Shown: piece by piece, positions 1-12,843 of the stretch | How the letters are laid out: each line of letters opens with the position of its first letter | Position numbering within the stretch: position 1 is the stretch's first letter | Assembly: GCA_003971905.1 (NCBI GenBank) | Contig: RSEE01000070.1 | Span: 310,001-361,304, forward strand | Source of the DNA: Moniliella sp. 'wahieum' | Taxonomy: Eukaryota | Reading direction: 5' to 3' | DNA: 51,304 nucleotides | Notes under the pieces: generated by a model | What the model saw: only the letters and a program-made list of their open reading frames with translations | What the model was told of the DNA's origin: nothing | Databases searched by the model: none | Translations under genes and position numbers: made by a program

Positions 1-189
1 CGAGTCGTTGTACGAGGCAAAAATGTGCGCCGTGCCAAACACAAGCTCACCGTCACCCACCTGGGGGCCGAGAGCGACAGCAGGGGCAGCCGTACGAGTC
101 TTAGGGGGCATCGTGAACTGTAAGCAGCAAACCAAGACGTTAGCCATCATGTTTTCATCTCAAGTTGCATGGGGGGGGGGGGGGGGGGG

Positions 190-482
190 TGAACAGGGGG
201 GCGACAAGAAGGGAGCCAAAGCGACAGTGCATGTCCCACCGTGGTCCTTCAGACCAGCTTCCAAGGTGCGCTCGACACACGCCGTGGTCGACCACTGCAG
301 TTGGTGTCGAGCGCATGCGGGAACCTTCCACCCTTCTGGCTTGTGATGCCGCGCATCGATCGCCCCCTTGATGGGTAGGTGCACTTACCTTGAATCCAGC
401 GAGACCGCGTCGATGGTGAGGACAAAGCAGCTCCCGCCGCTGTGGTTCACGCTGAACGTCGCGTGCTGCGGCCGGTTGTTCA
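190..482 (+). mobile_element. possible LTR remnant preceded by a poly-G polypurine tract
   Basis: G19 run at 171-189 is directly followed by TGAACA (190-195); the perfect inverse TGTTCA lies at 477-482. No TSD or pol sequence is visible, so this is weak. Confidence 0.25.
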
Positions 483-602
483 TCTCTAGGGTTGCGCGCC
501 GCAATAAAACAGTAGGGTTGGTTTCTTGCTTGGGCATGTGAACACGTGGACAAATTATCCTTCAGTATTTCAATACTGGCTTTGATGTAGTTGACGCATG
601 AA

Positions 603-681
603 AACGTTCAACGTTCAACGTTGAAGTTCAACGTTCAACTTGAACCTTGAACGGTTCAAGCTTCAAGCTTCAAGCTTCAAG
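603..681. repeat. 7-bp-period palindromic array (AACGTT+C/G then AAGCTT+C)
   Basis: aacgttcaacgttcaacgttgaagttcaacgttcaacttgaaccttgaacggttcaagcttcaagcttcaagcttcaag read directly. Confidence 0.95.
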
Positions 682-1061
682 GTGCGAGTGTTGGTATAGT
701 TGGAAGGGTACATCGAACATTGCGGCCGAGGGCTGTTGGCCAGCATATCTAGGTCGCTACAAACTCCACCCCATCTTCCCCACCACCACCTCTGTCCCCT
801 CGAGACATGCAATCTTGGTGGGGAGATGCACTGAGATACCTCCATCACATCATCCTCCCTGTCCACATGGATGGGAGAACCCTGACTATAGTGACTGTTC
901 AAGGCCCTATATTCTCCTTTTCATCATGCCTTCTTCAGTAGTGTCCCTCTCCTCAGATCCGCATTCTTCATTCTCTATTCCTCAGATTCTACGAAGGCAT
1001 CTTTTACCGCGTGTGAGTGAGTGAACCATCTCGTGAGCGAACCGAATTAAGCGGTGAGAGA

Positions 1062-1396
1062 TGTTACAGGATAGGAACGTTTGTATCCGTGACATAGTTC
1101 AGATACAATGCCTTGGATGGATGAGGAGAGTGCATAGTGAGGGTATGCTGGTAACGACGGGGACTGTACACTCGGGATGAGGAAAGAGTACTCTGCTGGG
1201 CATAGGAGATGTGCGATCAGAGATCTGAGATAAGGGGAAAGAGACGCAATCACGTGGTCCTCGTAACTGACAACTGGCAACAGGCACCCCCATGGCCAAC
1301 ACACCTCGCCTACACCACGTCCCACCCTACCCACTTCATACCAAAAACGGGAAACATGATATGCAAATAGCGAATCCATAGCCATCAATAGTTACA
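1062..1396 (-). mobile_element. probable LTR fragment (gypsy-like TGT...ACA ends)
   Basis: On the minus strand it starts TGTAAC (1396) and ends TGTAACA (1062). It is lower in GC than the flanking ORF and has a terminal hairpin at 1062-1094. No matching TSD. Confidence 0.35.
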
Positions 1397-2526
1397 TGGC
1401 CGGCCACCGAGGTTCTCGATCTCGGTCCCACCAGTGCAGTTCCCGTTGCGGCTGCGCTGACGTCTTCCACCATTCCGTAGGGCTCGATGGATCGCCCAAC
1501 TCCAATGGAGACCGGTACATCGTCATCCCGTTCCTCGTGACCTTCTTCCACTGGCTGCACGCCCCCCCCATTCCCATTCCCATTCCCCTTCCCCCTCTCC
1601 CTCCTACGCGGGTCCACCTCCCCACCCGCTCCGCTTCCAGTCCCTGGTCCCTTCCCGGGTCCCTTCCCGGTTCCCTTCCAGGTTCCACGTCCGAGTGCAC
1701 CGCCACCTCGGCTGCCGGTCCCACACACCACCCCGTACTCGCCTGCACATTCTCCGCCATCCGGGACAACATGCGATCGATCCGTTTTCGTGAAATGTGG
1801 CCTTGGGCGGGGGGGCGGTGACTCGTCCAGGCGGTGCGGCGGTGCGGGCAGTACTGGAGGACAGAGAGCCCGTCATGGTCATGGCCATTGTCATGCGGGG
1901 ACTGGTGGCACTGGTGGGAAAAAGGGTGCAGTCAGGCGGACGCGCTTCGAGCAGCCGCGCCAAATCCATTTCGTCCTCTTCCGTCCCTTCGGGTGCTAGG
2001 AACATGCGGGACCGCTCTCGTTCTCTTTCCTTTCTCTTTCTCGTTCCCGTTCCCGTTCTTTTTCTCTTTCTTTCGGAACGTCTCGTTCGCCCACCCGATC
2101 CAGACGGGGGTCCAGACGCGGATCGAGGCGGAGCGTGCGTCGGGCCGGACGCGGTCGTGCGTACGAAGAAAATACCTGCTGCAACGACCCGGCGCAATGG
2201 GCGATGCTCCCAGGCGCAGTGGACCAAGTGTAGGTCCAGCAGCGTGCAAGGGAGTGTAGGAGAAGTGGGAGAGGTGGGAGGGATGGGAAGGGTAGGAGAC
2301 CCCGTAGTGCGATCCACTCGAGCTGGGGACGAAGGCGAGGGCGAAGGTAAGGGCGATACCGATGGCGAGGCATGCGACTCGTAGAGTGCGGTAGGTGGCC
2401 AGATGATGTTATCCCAGAGAGACTGCCAAGCTGACCGCCAAGAGGGGAAGGCGCACCGGCTCGCACGTTTCGCTCGCTCTCACGTAGTCGGTCCCGCGCG
2501 AGACTGACGCCAGACGGCGGGGTCAT
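1392..2526 (-). CDS. hypothetical low-complexity protein (frameshifted), divergent from PEX16
   Basis: Overlapping long minus-strand ORFs (1996-2526, 1604-2317, 1392-1772) with a basic stretch RKRKRTGTGTRKRKERERER; no family recognised. Confidence 0.3.
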
Positions 2527-2778
2527 CGTCGTAAGGTAGTGGTGGTGGGATGACGAAGATGAGAAGGAAGCAGGGCGTAGATTGTGATGAAGTTGGGGTG
2601 GAGGTGGAGACGGTCGAGGTGGGGATGGAGGCTGGCGGTGGTGTTGATGGGTGGGGATGCAGGATGGGTCTCCTGAGTCTGAGCGCTGCTGATAATGCTA
2701 ATCTTGATCTCCGCGTGGGACGGGTGGTGGATGATCGCTGATCGCTGGTCGATGATGCGGGCCGCGACGAGGCACTGG

Positions 2779-2815
2779 AATTGAATATTGAAGCTTGAAG
2801 CTTGAAGCTTGAAGC
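2779..2815. repeat. 7-bp palindromic array (AATATT/AAGCTT+G) upstream of PEX16
   Basis: aattgaatattgaagcttgaagcttgaagcttgaagc. Confidence 0.95.
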
Positions 2816-3002
2816 CAATCCACCTCAGCGATCAGCGCAGCGCCAGCAATCATCGATCGTCCCACCCCATTATCGCGGCCTGACGCCGCCTGACGTAAGG
2901 CCGGACGAGTGGGCCGGCAGAGGCCCAGGACGCTGGGAGGCGGCCCCGACAAAGCACCGTGAAAGCCCCCTCGGACGCCCCCCTCGCCTTCTCCCGCCGA
3001 CC

Positions 3003-4573
3003 ATGTCTTTCCTCCGGGCGTACGAGCAGGCGCTGGCCACGCATGCCTGCCATCGGCGCGGTCGAGTCGTCGGTGCGGACCCTGACCTGGCTTTTGCCTG
3101 GCCGGTTCAACGACTCGGAACTGGCCGCAGAGGGGGTGGCAGCGCTGCTGGCGCTGCTGGGCGTGTACCACGATGCGTTGGTCCGTCCTGCGATCCAAAA
3201 GGCCGTACGCGACGCCTCGGTCCAGCCTTCTCCCTCTGGATCAACCCTGCTTTCTCGTCTCCTGCTGAGGAGGAGCGCGGAGGGGCAGGTCGAGGCCCAT
3301 CTGGCCACGCCGGAGGGGTACGTGCCCAGCCTACATACCCGTTACACCCTGTCCCAAGTCCGCAATGACCCTACCGCCGTGCGGCCGCCTCCTGCTTCTC
3401 CTCACACACATCCAACTCGTTCTCGAGATGCTTGCCCAGCGAAAACGGAGAAAGGCGGCGCCTGGCAAGGTGCAACCAGGAGCTCAATCGACTGCCTCAT
3501 CTCCCACTCTCTCCCACACCACAACAGGACAAGCAGGCGCCATCGACCTCGTCGTCGCTCTCGAGACAATCAAGCTGCTTCTTCGGTTCTGTCTCTTTTG
3601 GCGTCGGGATGGCGTCCCGTCTTGCACGATCCCTTGCCCGAGCGCGAACTTGACCCAGCCGACTTGGTGCCTGTCGCACCGCCGCCGCCATCGCAGCCTG
3701 TGGCCTGGGGCGCAAAAGCATCAGCAGTACCAGCGGTGCATGTCTCTCCTCCCCCAGAGGAAGGGAGGAGGAATACCGTGGCTCTAGGACGGGTTGACCT
3801 ATCCCTCCCTTGGCGAGTTGGGGCAAGGGACGGGGCCGGTACCGGAACCCATGCCGCTAGGATCGGACGATTCGGAGGACGAGACGTTGATAGACCCAGA
3901 GGAAGAAGCTGTTCTCGCTCACAGTCGCAGCTGGACGCGGGCGGAGGTGGATACATTTCTCCTATCTCGCACGTTGGCTCCGACCGATGTACGGCCGCTG
4001 TCGGAACTGGTGCCCGGTCCAAGGCCCCGCTGGGGCCGTGGCGGGGAAATGCTGCACCTGTGTCGGCCATTGGTATATGCGCTGCTGGTTCGGCGGTACG
4101 TGCGCCAAGACTCGTTGCGTCGACGCAGCGTCTGGACCCCGATCGCGACCGCTTGGGGATCGACGTGCTGTCCCGCGCTTTACGGGCGATGCTGTCAACC
4201 ACAGGTGCCCGACCCGTTCCTCGATCCACGTGGTTGGGCCCGCGCCGTGGCCCCATCAAACCCACTGGCAGGAGGCGTACAAGGCGCGCTGCTGCGCCTC
4301 GTGCTGGCCCCGTGCTGGGTGGCGGTGGAGGTGGCGCGCCAGTCCGGCGGGTGCGAGGCGGTGTCGCCGCTAGAGGCGGAGGAGTGGGCGCGGCGGACGC
4401 AGGCGTGGGGGTGGTACTTGCTGCGTGGGCCGGTGTGGACGCAAGGCACCCGGCCGCGGGTGGAGGCGCTGCTGCGGACGCTGCGGGCGGTGCCGCTGCT
4501 GGGGCTGGGGGCGGGGCTGGCGGAGGACTATCTGCCGCTGGTGGACCAGTACTGGTACTTTAGTTCGCGCTGA
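3003..4573 (+). CDS. PEX16: peroxisomal membrane biogenesis protein Pex16 (frameshifted in assembly)
   Basis: MSFLRAYEQAL... then IGAVESSVRTLTWLLPGRFNDSELAAE, EMLHLCRPLVYA and the C-terminal YLLRGPVW...DYLPLVDQYWYF, all typical Pex16 motifs. Confidence 0.9.
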
Positions 4574-4837
4574 AATGGCAAGGGGTGGGCTATTGAGGGA
4601 GGGTGGATGGGAGGGGGGATAGACAGATGGAGTGGAGAATAGGCGGATGGGAAAGGAATACACAGATGGGAGTGGCCGATGGGAGTGGAATACAGTGCGA
4701 GTGGACAAGAGGCGTGACTGTGTGATGGTACGTGGAGGGCCGGCAGAGGCCGAGTGTGCCGCGCAGACCCAGACGCGCTCGGCTGGGTGCTGCTCCACCA
4801 CCACAGCTGCGCTCTCCCACATCCAATGGGCTTCTAG

Positions 4838-6915
<2,078 letters not shown>

Positions 6916-6972
6916 TTCCTTGGCGCCCTCCCGAGGTTGGAAAGGATCGACCTTGTGATCATGGCACCCTGC

Positions 6973-7020
6973 GATCCTGAGATCCTACGATCCTGAGATC
7001 CTGCAATCCTGAGATCCTGA
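6973..7020. repeat. 8-bp tandem repeat (GATCCTGA x6, imperfect)
   Basis: gatcctga gatcctac gatcctga gatcctgc aatcctga gatcctga. Confidence 0.9.
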
Positions 7021-7527
7021 GCGCCCGAGGGATTGAGCGACCGAGTATCATGAACCTCAGCGATCCCAGTGGTTTGCTCTGATTTACCTCCCTTTCCTTC
7101 CCGCCCTTCCCACCCTTGTCTCCCTTCTATTCCCGTCCGTGTTCCGTTTGTCTCTGTGCTCTTGTACCGGATCCATCCATGTCCGTGCCCATGTCTATGT
7201 TTTGCTCGCATTTGACTTGTATGTATGTCACCATCGGGGATAGGCGAGGATGCGTTTAGAGCGGCGGATGGGGCAGCGGGCGAGGGGGATGGCCCCCACG
7301 TTAGATTTAGATGAGCGGGGAGGAGAGTGACTGATAGGGGGAAGGTGGCGGAGGTGGAAGTGAAGCTTGAAGTGGCGCCTGGCGCTCCAATTTCATTTTG
7401 CGCTGAGCTCATCCGGCGGCGTCGCCTTTTTAGCTGGAGGGCCACCTGGACCTGCCTCGCAGGCAGCCGCAGACGGGAGGGGCGCATCGCTGTCTGCGCG
7501 ACGATCTGCCCCGCCCCGCCGCCCGCC

Positions 7528-10322
7528 ATGGACGCTTCCGGCGCGCCCATCGACGCCCTGCCCCGTCCCTCGACCGCATCTCGACCGTCCGAGCGCGCCC
7601 CCAGCCGCAGAGGCGACGTCCGAGGCCAGTGCGGCGGACGACGACGGCTACTCCCCGGCCCCATGGCGCTGCGGCCACCCACTTGCCCTCCTCCTCGCCA
7701 ACCTTGCGCCCCCCACCGCCTCGTCGACCTTGTCGTCAGGCTTGCCTCCCTCCGCGTCGTCGCTCGCTCCGATGCATGCCATGCAGGCTATGCCCCCCCC
7801 GCCTCCCGTGTCCTACCGCTCCTCCCTCTATGCCCCCTGGCAGACCGCCTCCCCCACCTCCCCCACCGCCCCTCCACCGCCCCGCTCCAACCCCGCGATG
7901 GCTTCCGCCGCGTGCGCGATCCCGCCGACTTGAGGCCCAACACTGACGCGCTTCATCGTGCAACGGGACGACGAGCAGACCCAGCAGGTGGGATGGTCAG
8001 CGTGCGTACTTCCATCCCTTTTCTTTTCTCCTTTCTCTTTTCTCCTTTCCCTTTTCCTTTCCTGTGCCGTTTGCGTGCCTGTGGTTTGCTTTTGTTTGGG
8101 ATAATTTTCTGACTCTTGAACCTCGGTCGGTTTCCTGCAGCCCCTGAAGGCTTTGACGTCCTACCTCCACCATACGTACCACCTTGTCAACCCATCCTTC
8201 CTCTACGAACTGGCCTGCAACCCTCGTCGGGTACTGACCAAGCCAGCCAAGCCGGCGCACAACCAAGGCCGGGACAACGAAACGAACGACTTTATCTCTA
8301 CGTCAACGACTGGCTCGGCACCGAGGACGGAGACAAGTATTTGATCTTGGACATGCTTGGCCAGGGCACATTTGGTCAGGTGGTCAAGTGCCAAAACATG
8401 CGCACACACGAAATTGTGGCAGTCAAGGTGATCAAGAACCATCCGGCCTACCTCCAAAAGAGCTGGACCGAGGTGGCTGTGTTGGAGGTGCTCAATACCA
8501 AATTTGATCCGCGCGACGAGCACCATCTGCTTCGTTTGCATGATACGTTTCTCCACGCCAAACATTTGTGTTTGGTATTTGAACTCTTGTCGAGCAACTT
8601 GTACGAACTGATTCGACAAAACTCGTACCGCGGCGTAAGTCCCTGGTTGGTACGTGTATTTTCGTCTCAGTTGCTCGATGCGCTCTCGGTCCTCCAGGAT
8701 GCCCACATTATCCACTGCGACCTCAAGCCCGAAAACATTTTGCTCAAGTCTCTCCAACCACCTTTGGCCATCAAACTCGTCGACTTTGGCTCGGCCTGCG
8801 ACGAACATCAAACCGCGTTCACCTACATTCAATCCCGCTTTTACCGTTCGCCCGAAGTCCTGCTCGGTTTGCCGTACAATGCAGCGATTGATATGTGGAG
8901 TTTGGGCTGCATTGCCGCCGAGCTCTTCCTCGGTCTGCCCTTGTTCCCCGGAACAAGCGAGTTCAACCAAATGACCTGCATTGTCGAGATGATGGGAATG
9001 CCACCTACCTCCATGCTCGCCAAGGGCAAGCATACCCATCACTTTTTCCGTCGGTACCCAGACGAGTATGGCCAGCCACTATCACCTTAAAACACGCGAG
9101 CAATGGGCCAAAGAACATCCGGACAAACCCAACGAACCCCCGACCAAAAAATTCTTTGCTGCCACCACCTTGCCTGACATTATTCGTTCCTACCCCCTCT
9201 CCCGCTCGCGCGGACACCCTCACTCGAGCCATCATCGGACCGACGAAGCACGCGAACAAGCTCAACGAACGCTTTATCGATTTCCTCCAGGGCTTGCTCC
9301 AGATGGACCCGCACTTGCGCTGGACCGCACACCAGGCTCGGTTGCACCCATTCGTGACTGGCGAACCGTTTACCGGACCGTTCCAGCCCCCTGACCGGAC
9401 CGAACTGCGTGGCACGACCACCGTACCAGCACAAGCGGCGGCAACTGTCCCCAGTACAGCGCCTCCCGTGCCCTCATCGGGATCGGGATCGGCACTTTCT
9501 CTCCCCCTTGCTCCGATTGCGGCTCCCACGCAAGGTCCAGTTCCAGCTGCAGCTCCAGTTCCAGCTCCGGGCTCAGTTTCAGCTTCGGTTTCAGCTTCGC
9601 TTTCAGCTTCGGCTTCGGCTTCGTCTTCTTCCTCCCTGGAGAGAATTCTCATCGCCTCCCCTCTGACTCGCCTCGCACTGCTCGTGTCACGTCTGGGCGC
9701 ACTATGCTGCTGAGGCAGCTTCGTATGCCCAGGCCCAGGCCCTGGCCCAGGCACAGGCACAGGCACAGGCCAGGCGCAAGTACAAGCGACCCATACACAG
9801 CGTAACCGAGCAAGTTACGTCGACCCGACGGGGACGGGAGTGGCACGACACCGGTCGGTTGTTGGACCGCACACCGAACCTACGGCGGCGCAGCCGACAT
9901 GGCTTCTACCCCGTACGGTCGCACGGGGGGTACTACTACGAACCCTTCTCTTCCTGGTGGGTGCTGGAGTTGGGGTTGGTGCTGGTGCAGCGCCTATTTC
10001 AGCTTCGGCTACAGCAGCTGGGTTCTCCCAGCCCCCCCCGCCTCCTCCCAGCTCGTACCACCCCCCGCGCACTGTCGCTTCCCTCCACCATCCCGAACGG
10101 TCTCCCGCCGGAGTGCTTTCTGCCCCCTGCCTAGTGCCATGGGACCCACCCTACCATCTCTGTCGTCGAACCCGAGTGGGATGGCGTTGGATCCCCCTCG
10201 TTGCCTATGAGTTTACCCCCGCATTGGTCCCCGGCGGTCAGGCGGCAGAGTACTACGAAGTACGAGACCCTCGCGACCCTCGCGACCCTAGGGTGGAACG
10301 TACGTATCGAGGTGCTTACTAG
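7528..10322 (+). CDS. YAK1: Yak1-type DYRK family protein kinase
   Basis: NPRRVLTKP pre-kinase motif, LGQGTFGQVVKC, HCDLKPEN, DFGSAC, YIQSRFYRSPE; intron 8002-8140 (GTGCGT...CTGCAG); low-complexity C-terminus, end approximate. Confidence 0.92.
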
Positions 10323-11504
10323 GTGCTTTTTTGCTCCCAGTCCAGCTCGTGGTCTAGATGCATGTCTAGGTCCCTCCCACCCTACATTTCCTCTTCTCTT
10401 GTTTACCTGTGCCCCTTCCCCCCTCACCACCCTCCCTTGGCATATATGCATTTCGTTTCGGTGAAATAGGAATGGACTACATCCCCCCCCGCCTGCGCTA
10501 AGCTTTTGGCTGGGTTGCCAGCAGCGTATAATACGTTCAGCAACGTATAGTAGCGTACCCCGCATCAATCTACAACACTCCAGGCAAAGAGATGGCAGTA
10601 TGTGATGTCCTTTCCTTTCCCTTGCGTTGCTCGGCCACGGTTCGCACCGTATGGACTGGAGGAACAATCGCAGGCACAGGTACTGGCGCAGGTACAGTCG
10701 CCTCCCCCCTTCTCTGGTTTCTATCCACTGTGAAGCGTGGCCTTCGCTCCTCACCACCTGAACGCCCCAGTACAAAGGGGAGGAGAGAGAGAACCGTGGG
10801 CCACAGCGAGCATGCAAAGGGTAAAGGGTACCATGAGAGAAGAGGAGGCTAATGGTGTCCCGATGCGGGTTGCGCAGGCGTGGTAAAGTACTCCCAGATG
10901 CAGTACCCAACAAACACGGACGTGACCAGGTAAAGCCCGGAAGAGAGTACCCGCCATATTACGCAGTTGGAAGATGGGGTGGTAGCGCCATGGTCACGCT
11001 TGGCCCAGGGAATGGCGTAGTTCGGATGACATGGTGGGGCTGGCCAGGGTGGAGAGAAGGGGGTAGGGGGTTAGCATGGCTTCTTCCTCCAGCATACCCA
11101 GCATCATCGAGGATGAACCGGGGCAGCGATGGATGCGGATGGTGGATGGTGGAGTGGAGGTGCGGTGAGCCAAGAGGAGGAGGACAAAGACATACGACGA
11201 GCCAAGCAACGGACAAACGGTGGTCGAGCAAACCCACCAGCAGCCAGGTAAGAGGGAGCAGGGGGTGGGATGGGCTGGAGCCACCCCGGTGCTACGCTGG
11301 GCAGGGGGCGGAATGGGATTATTAATTGGCACTTGCCCCCGTTCCGCATCGAGGATAGCGTAGGGTAGGGTTGGACTTGAAGCTTGCTTGCTAGGCTGGG
11401 GTAGGGTTGTTCCCTCGTCTTGGGCTAACTCACCATCTCACGCTCTCTAGGGCTTGTTCTCTACGGGGCTTGTTTGGGCGCAATACAGGTCCGTGACACG
11501 GGAA

Positions 11505-12170
11505 TCAAATATGGGTCCAACGTACAAACAAACAAACGTGGGCACGAGCTAAGTCGCAGGCCCAATGCAGAGGGGGGACGAAGATGCACACGTGGAGGGG
11601 GCGCGGGGGGCAGTGGTGCCCATTCCTTGCAGCGCGAGGTAGGGGGCCGAAGGGAAGGTTACCGGGGGAAGGAACGCGGGAGAGAAGAGGAGATAAGCGG
11701 ACAGAGGAAGAACAAGGGCACAGATGGTTATTGGTAGCCATGCATATTGGCTTCGCCATCTTGGAGGAACGCGTCGTGCCAGTCATCGGGGTGGAGGGAA
11801 GGGAAGGTCTGGTTGTGGAAATGATACGTACCAAAACAGGCCAGCGATGAGCAGGAGCAGCAGCAGCCGCGCATGATGCGATGGCGCTCGGTACGCATTG
11901 CTTTCGCGCAACGTGCGCTGGTACGTTTCCGCCAACGCGGGGTTGGCCGCGGCTAGGCGGGCGCGCGTCGCATTGTTGCGGCTTGGGACAGGAGCGAGCG
12001 CGGGAGATGGGCAGCATGCGCCAGAGCGGCCGAACCGGCTTCGGACGCCCACTTGCCATCGCGCTTCTCGGGGGGGAAGGGGTCGAGGACGAGGTCAGGC
12101 TCGGGGCGGTCCATGGCGGGGGTGCGGCGGAGGCGAGGCGCAGAGGAGGGGGAGGGGAGACAGCCGACAT
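11505..12170 (-). CDS. hypothetical small membrane protein
   Basis: ATG at 12170, a Pro/Ser-rich N-terminus, then a hydrophobic segment LLLLLLIAGLFW followed by a GTACGT donor at ~11831; no family recognised. Confidence 0.3.
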   Translation of the reverse strand: MSAVSPPPPLRLASAAPPPWTAPSLTSSSTPSPPRSAMASGRPKPVRPLWRMLPISRARSCPKPQQCDARPPSRGQPRVGGNVPAHVARKQCVPSAIASCAAAAAPAHRWPVLVRIISTTRPSLPSTPMTGTTRSSKMAKPICMATNNHLCPCSSSVRLSPLLSRVPSPGNLPFGPLPRAARNGHHCPPRPLHVCIFVPPLHWACDLARAHVCLFVRWTHI

Positions 12171-12287
12171 GGACGCAGCAACCGCAAGCAGCTGTGCCGA
12201 TCGCAGCTGCTCTGCGTGTGTTGAACGTACGTTGATGTGCGATCTGGCTGCGGAGGCGCCAATAACACAGCCAGGAGCGCACGGGAC

Positions 12288-12310
12288 AATTGAACGTTCA
12301 ACGTTCAACC
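12288..12310. repeat. 7-bp palindromic array (AACGTT+C)
   Basis: aattgaacgttcaacgttcaacc in the divergent intergenic region. Confidence 0.9.
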
Positions 12311-12722
12311 TTGCTGCTAAATTGGGGCTGTGCCCGTTCGAGTCGGTGCAACAAGTCCGTGCTCTGATTGCCGGCTGTATCCGGCCGCTTGGGGTGGCCA
12401 ACGTGCAGCTCAGCAGACCGTCTTGTTAGGTAAGCAGGGGGGCCGCGTACGGGGGCCCTGTCGCACACTGGTGGGGTGCCCGCTGCATTCAGCTGCGATG
12501 GACACGCGCCTGCATTCGCGTGTGGCGCGCCGGCACAGGGCCACTGTGGTGCTGCACGGCCCCCCCGTGGGCGGGAGGGTGCGGCGCAGTGCGGCATGTG
12601 TTACATGATCAGCAGCACCACGCGGGAGCCCTGTGGATGACTGCCCCCGTGCCTCGTCCTTTTTATCTCGTGCCTCCATCTGTAACACATTAATCGCCCT
12701 CGCCTGGGGAAGATTGTGCGTG

Positions 12723-12729
12723 TATATAA
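12723..12729 (+). promoter_or_regulatory. putative TATA box of the aminotransferase gene
   Basis: TATATAA ~120 bp upstream of ATG 12844. Confidence 0.45.
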
Positions 12730-12754
12730 TGCTCCTACGCCTCAGCGCATCTCT

Positions 12755-12831
12755 CCATCCTCCATCCTCCATCCTCCATCCTCCATCCTCCATCCTCCAT
12801 CCTCCATCCCCCATCCCCCATCCCCCATCCC
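12755..12831 (+). repeat. (CCATCCT)n/(CCATCCC)n heptamer microsatellite in the putative 5' UTR
   Basis: about 7 CCATCCT units followed by CCATCCC units. Confidence 0.9.
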
Positions 12832-12843
12832 CTCGTCTCCAAG

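Noticed and set aside
603..2815. TTCAA/TTGAA arrays as heat-shock elements
   Set aside because: HSEs are alternating nGAAn pentamers with period 5. These have period 7, and most arrays in the window lack GAA/TTC.
9500..9780. Hexamer repeats (TTCAGC, GGCCCA/GGCACA)
   Set aside because: Ordinary low-complexity coding repeats in the Yak1 C-terminal tail.
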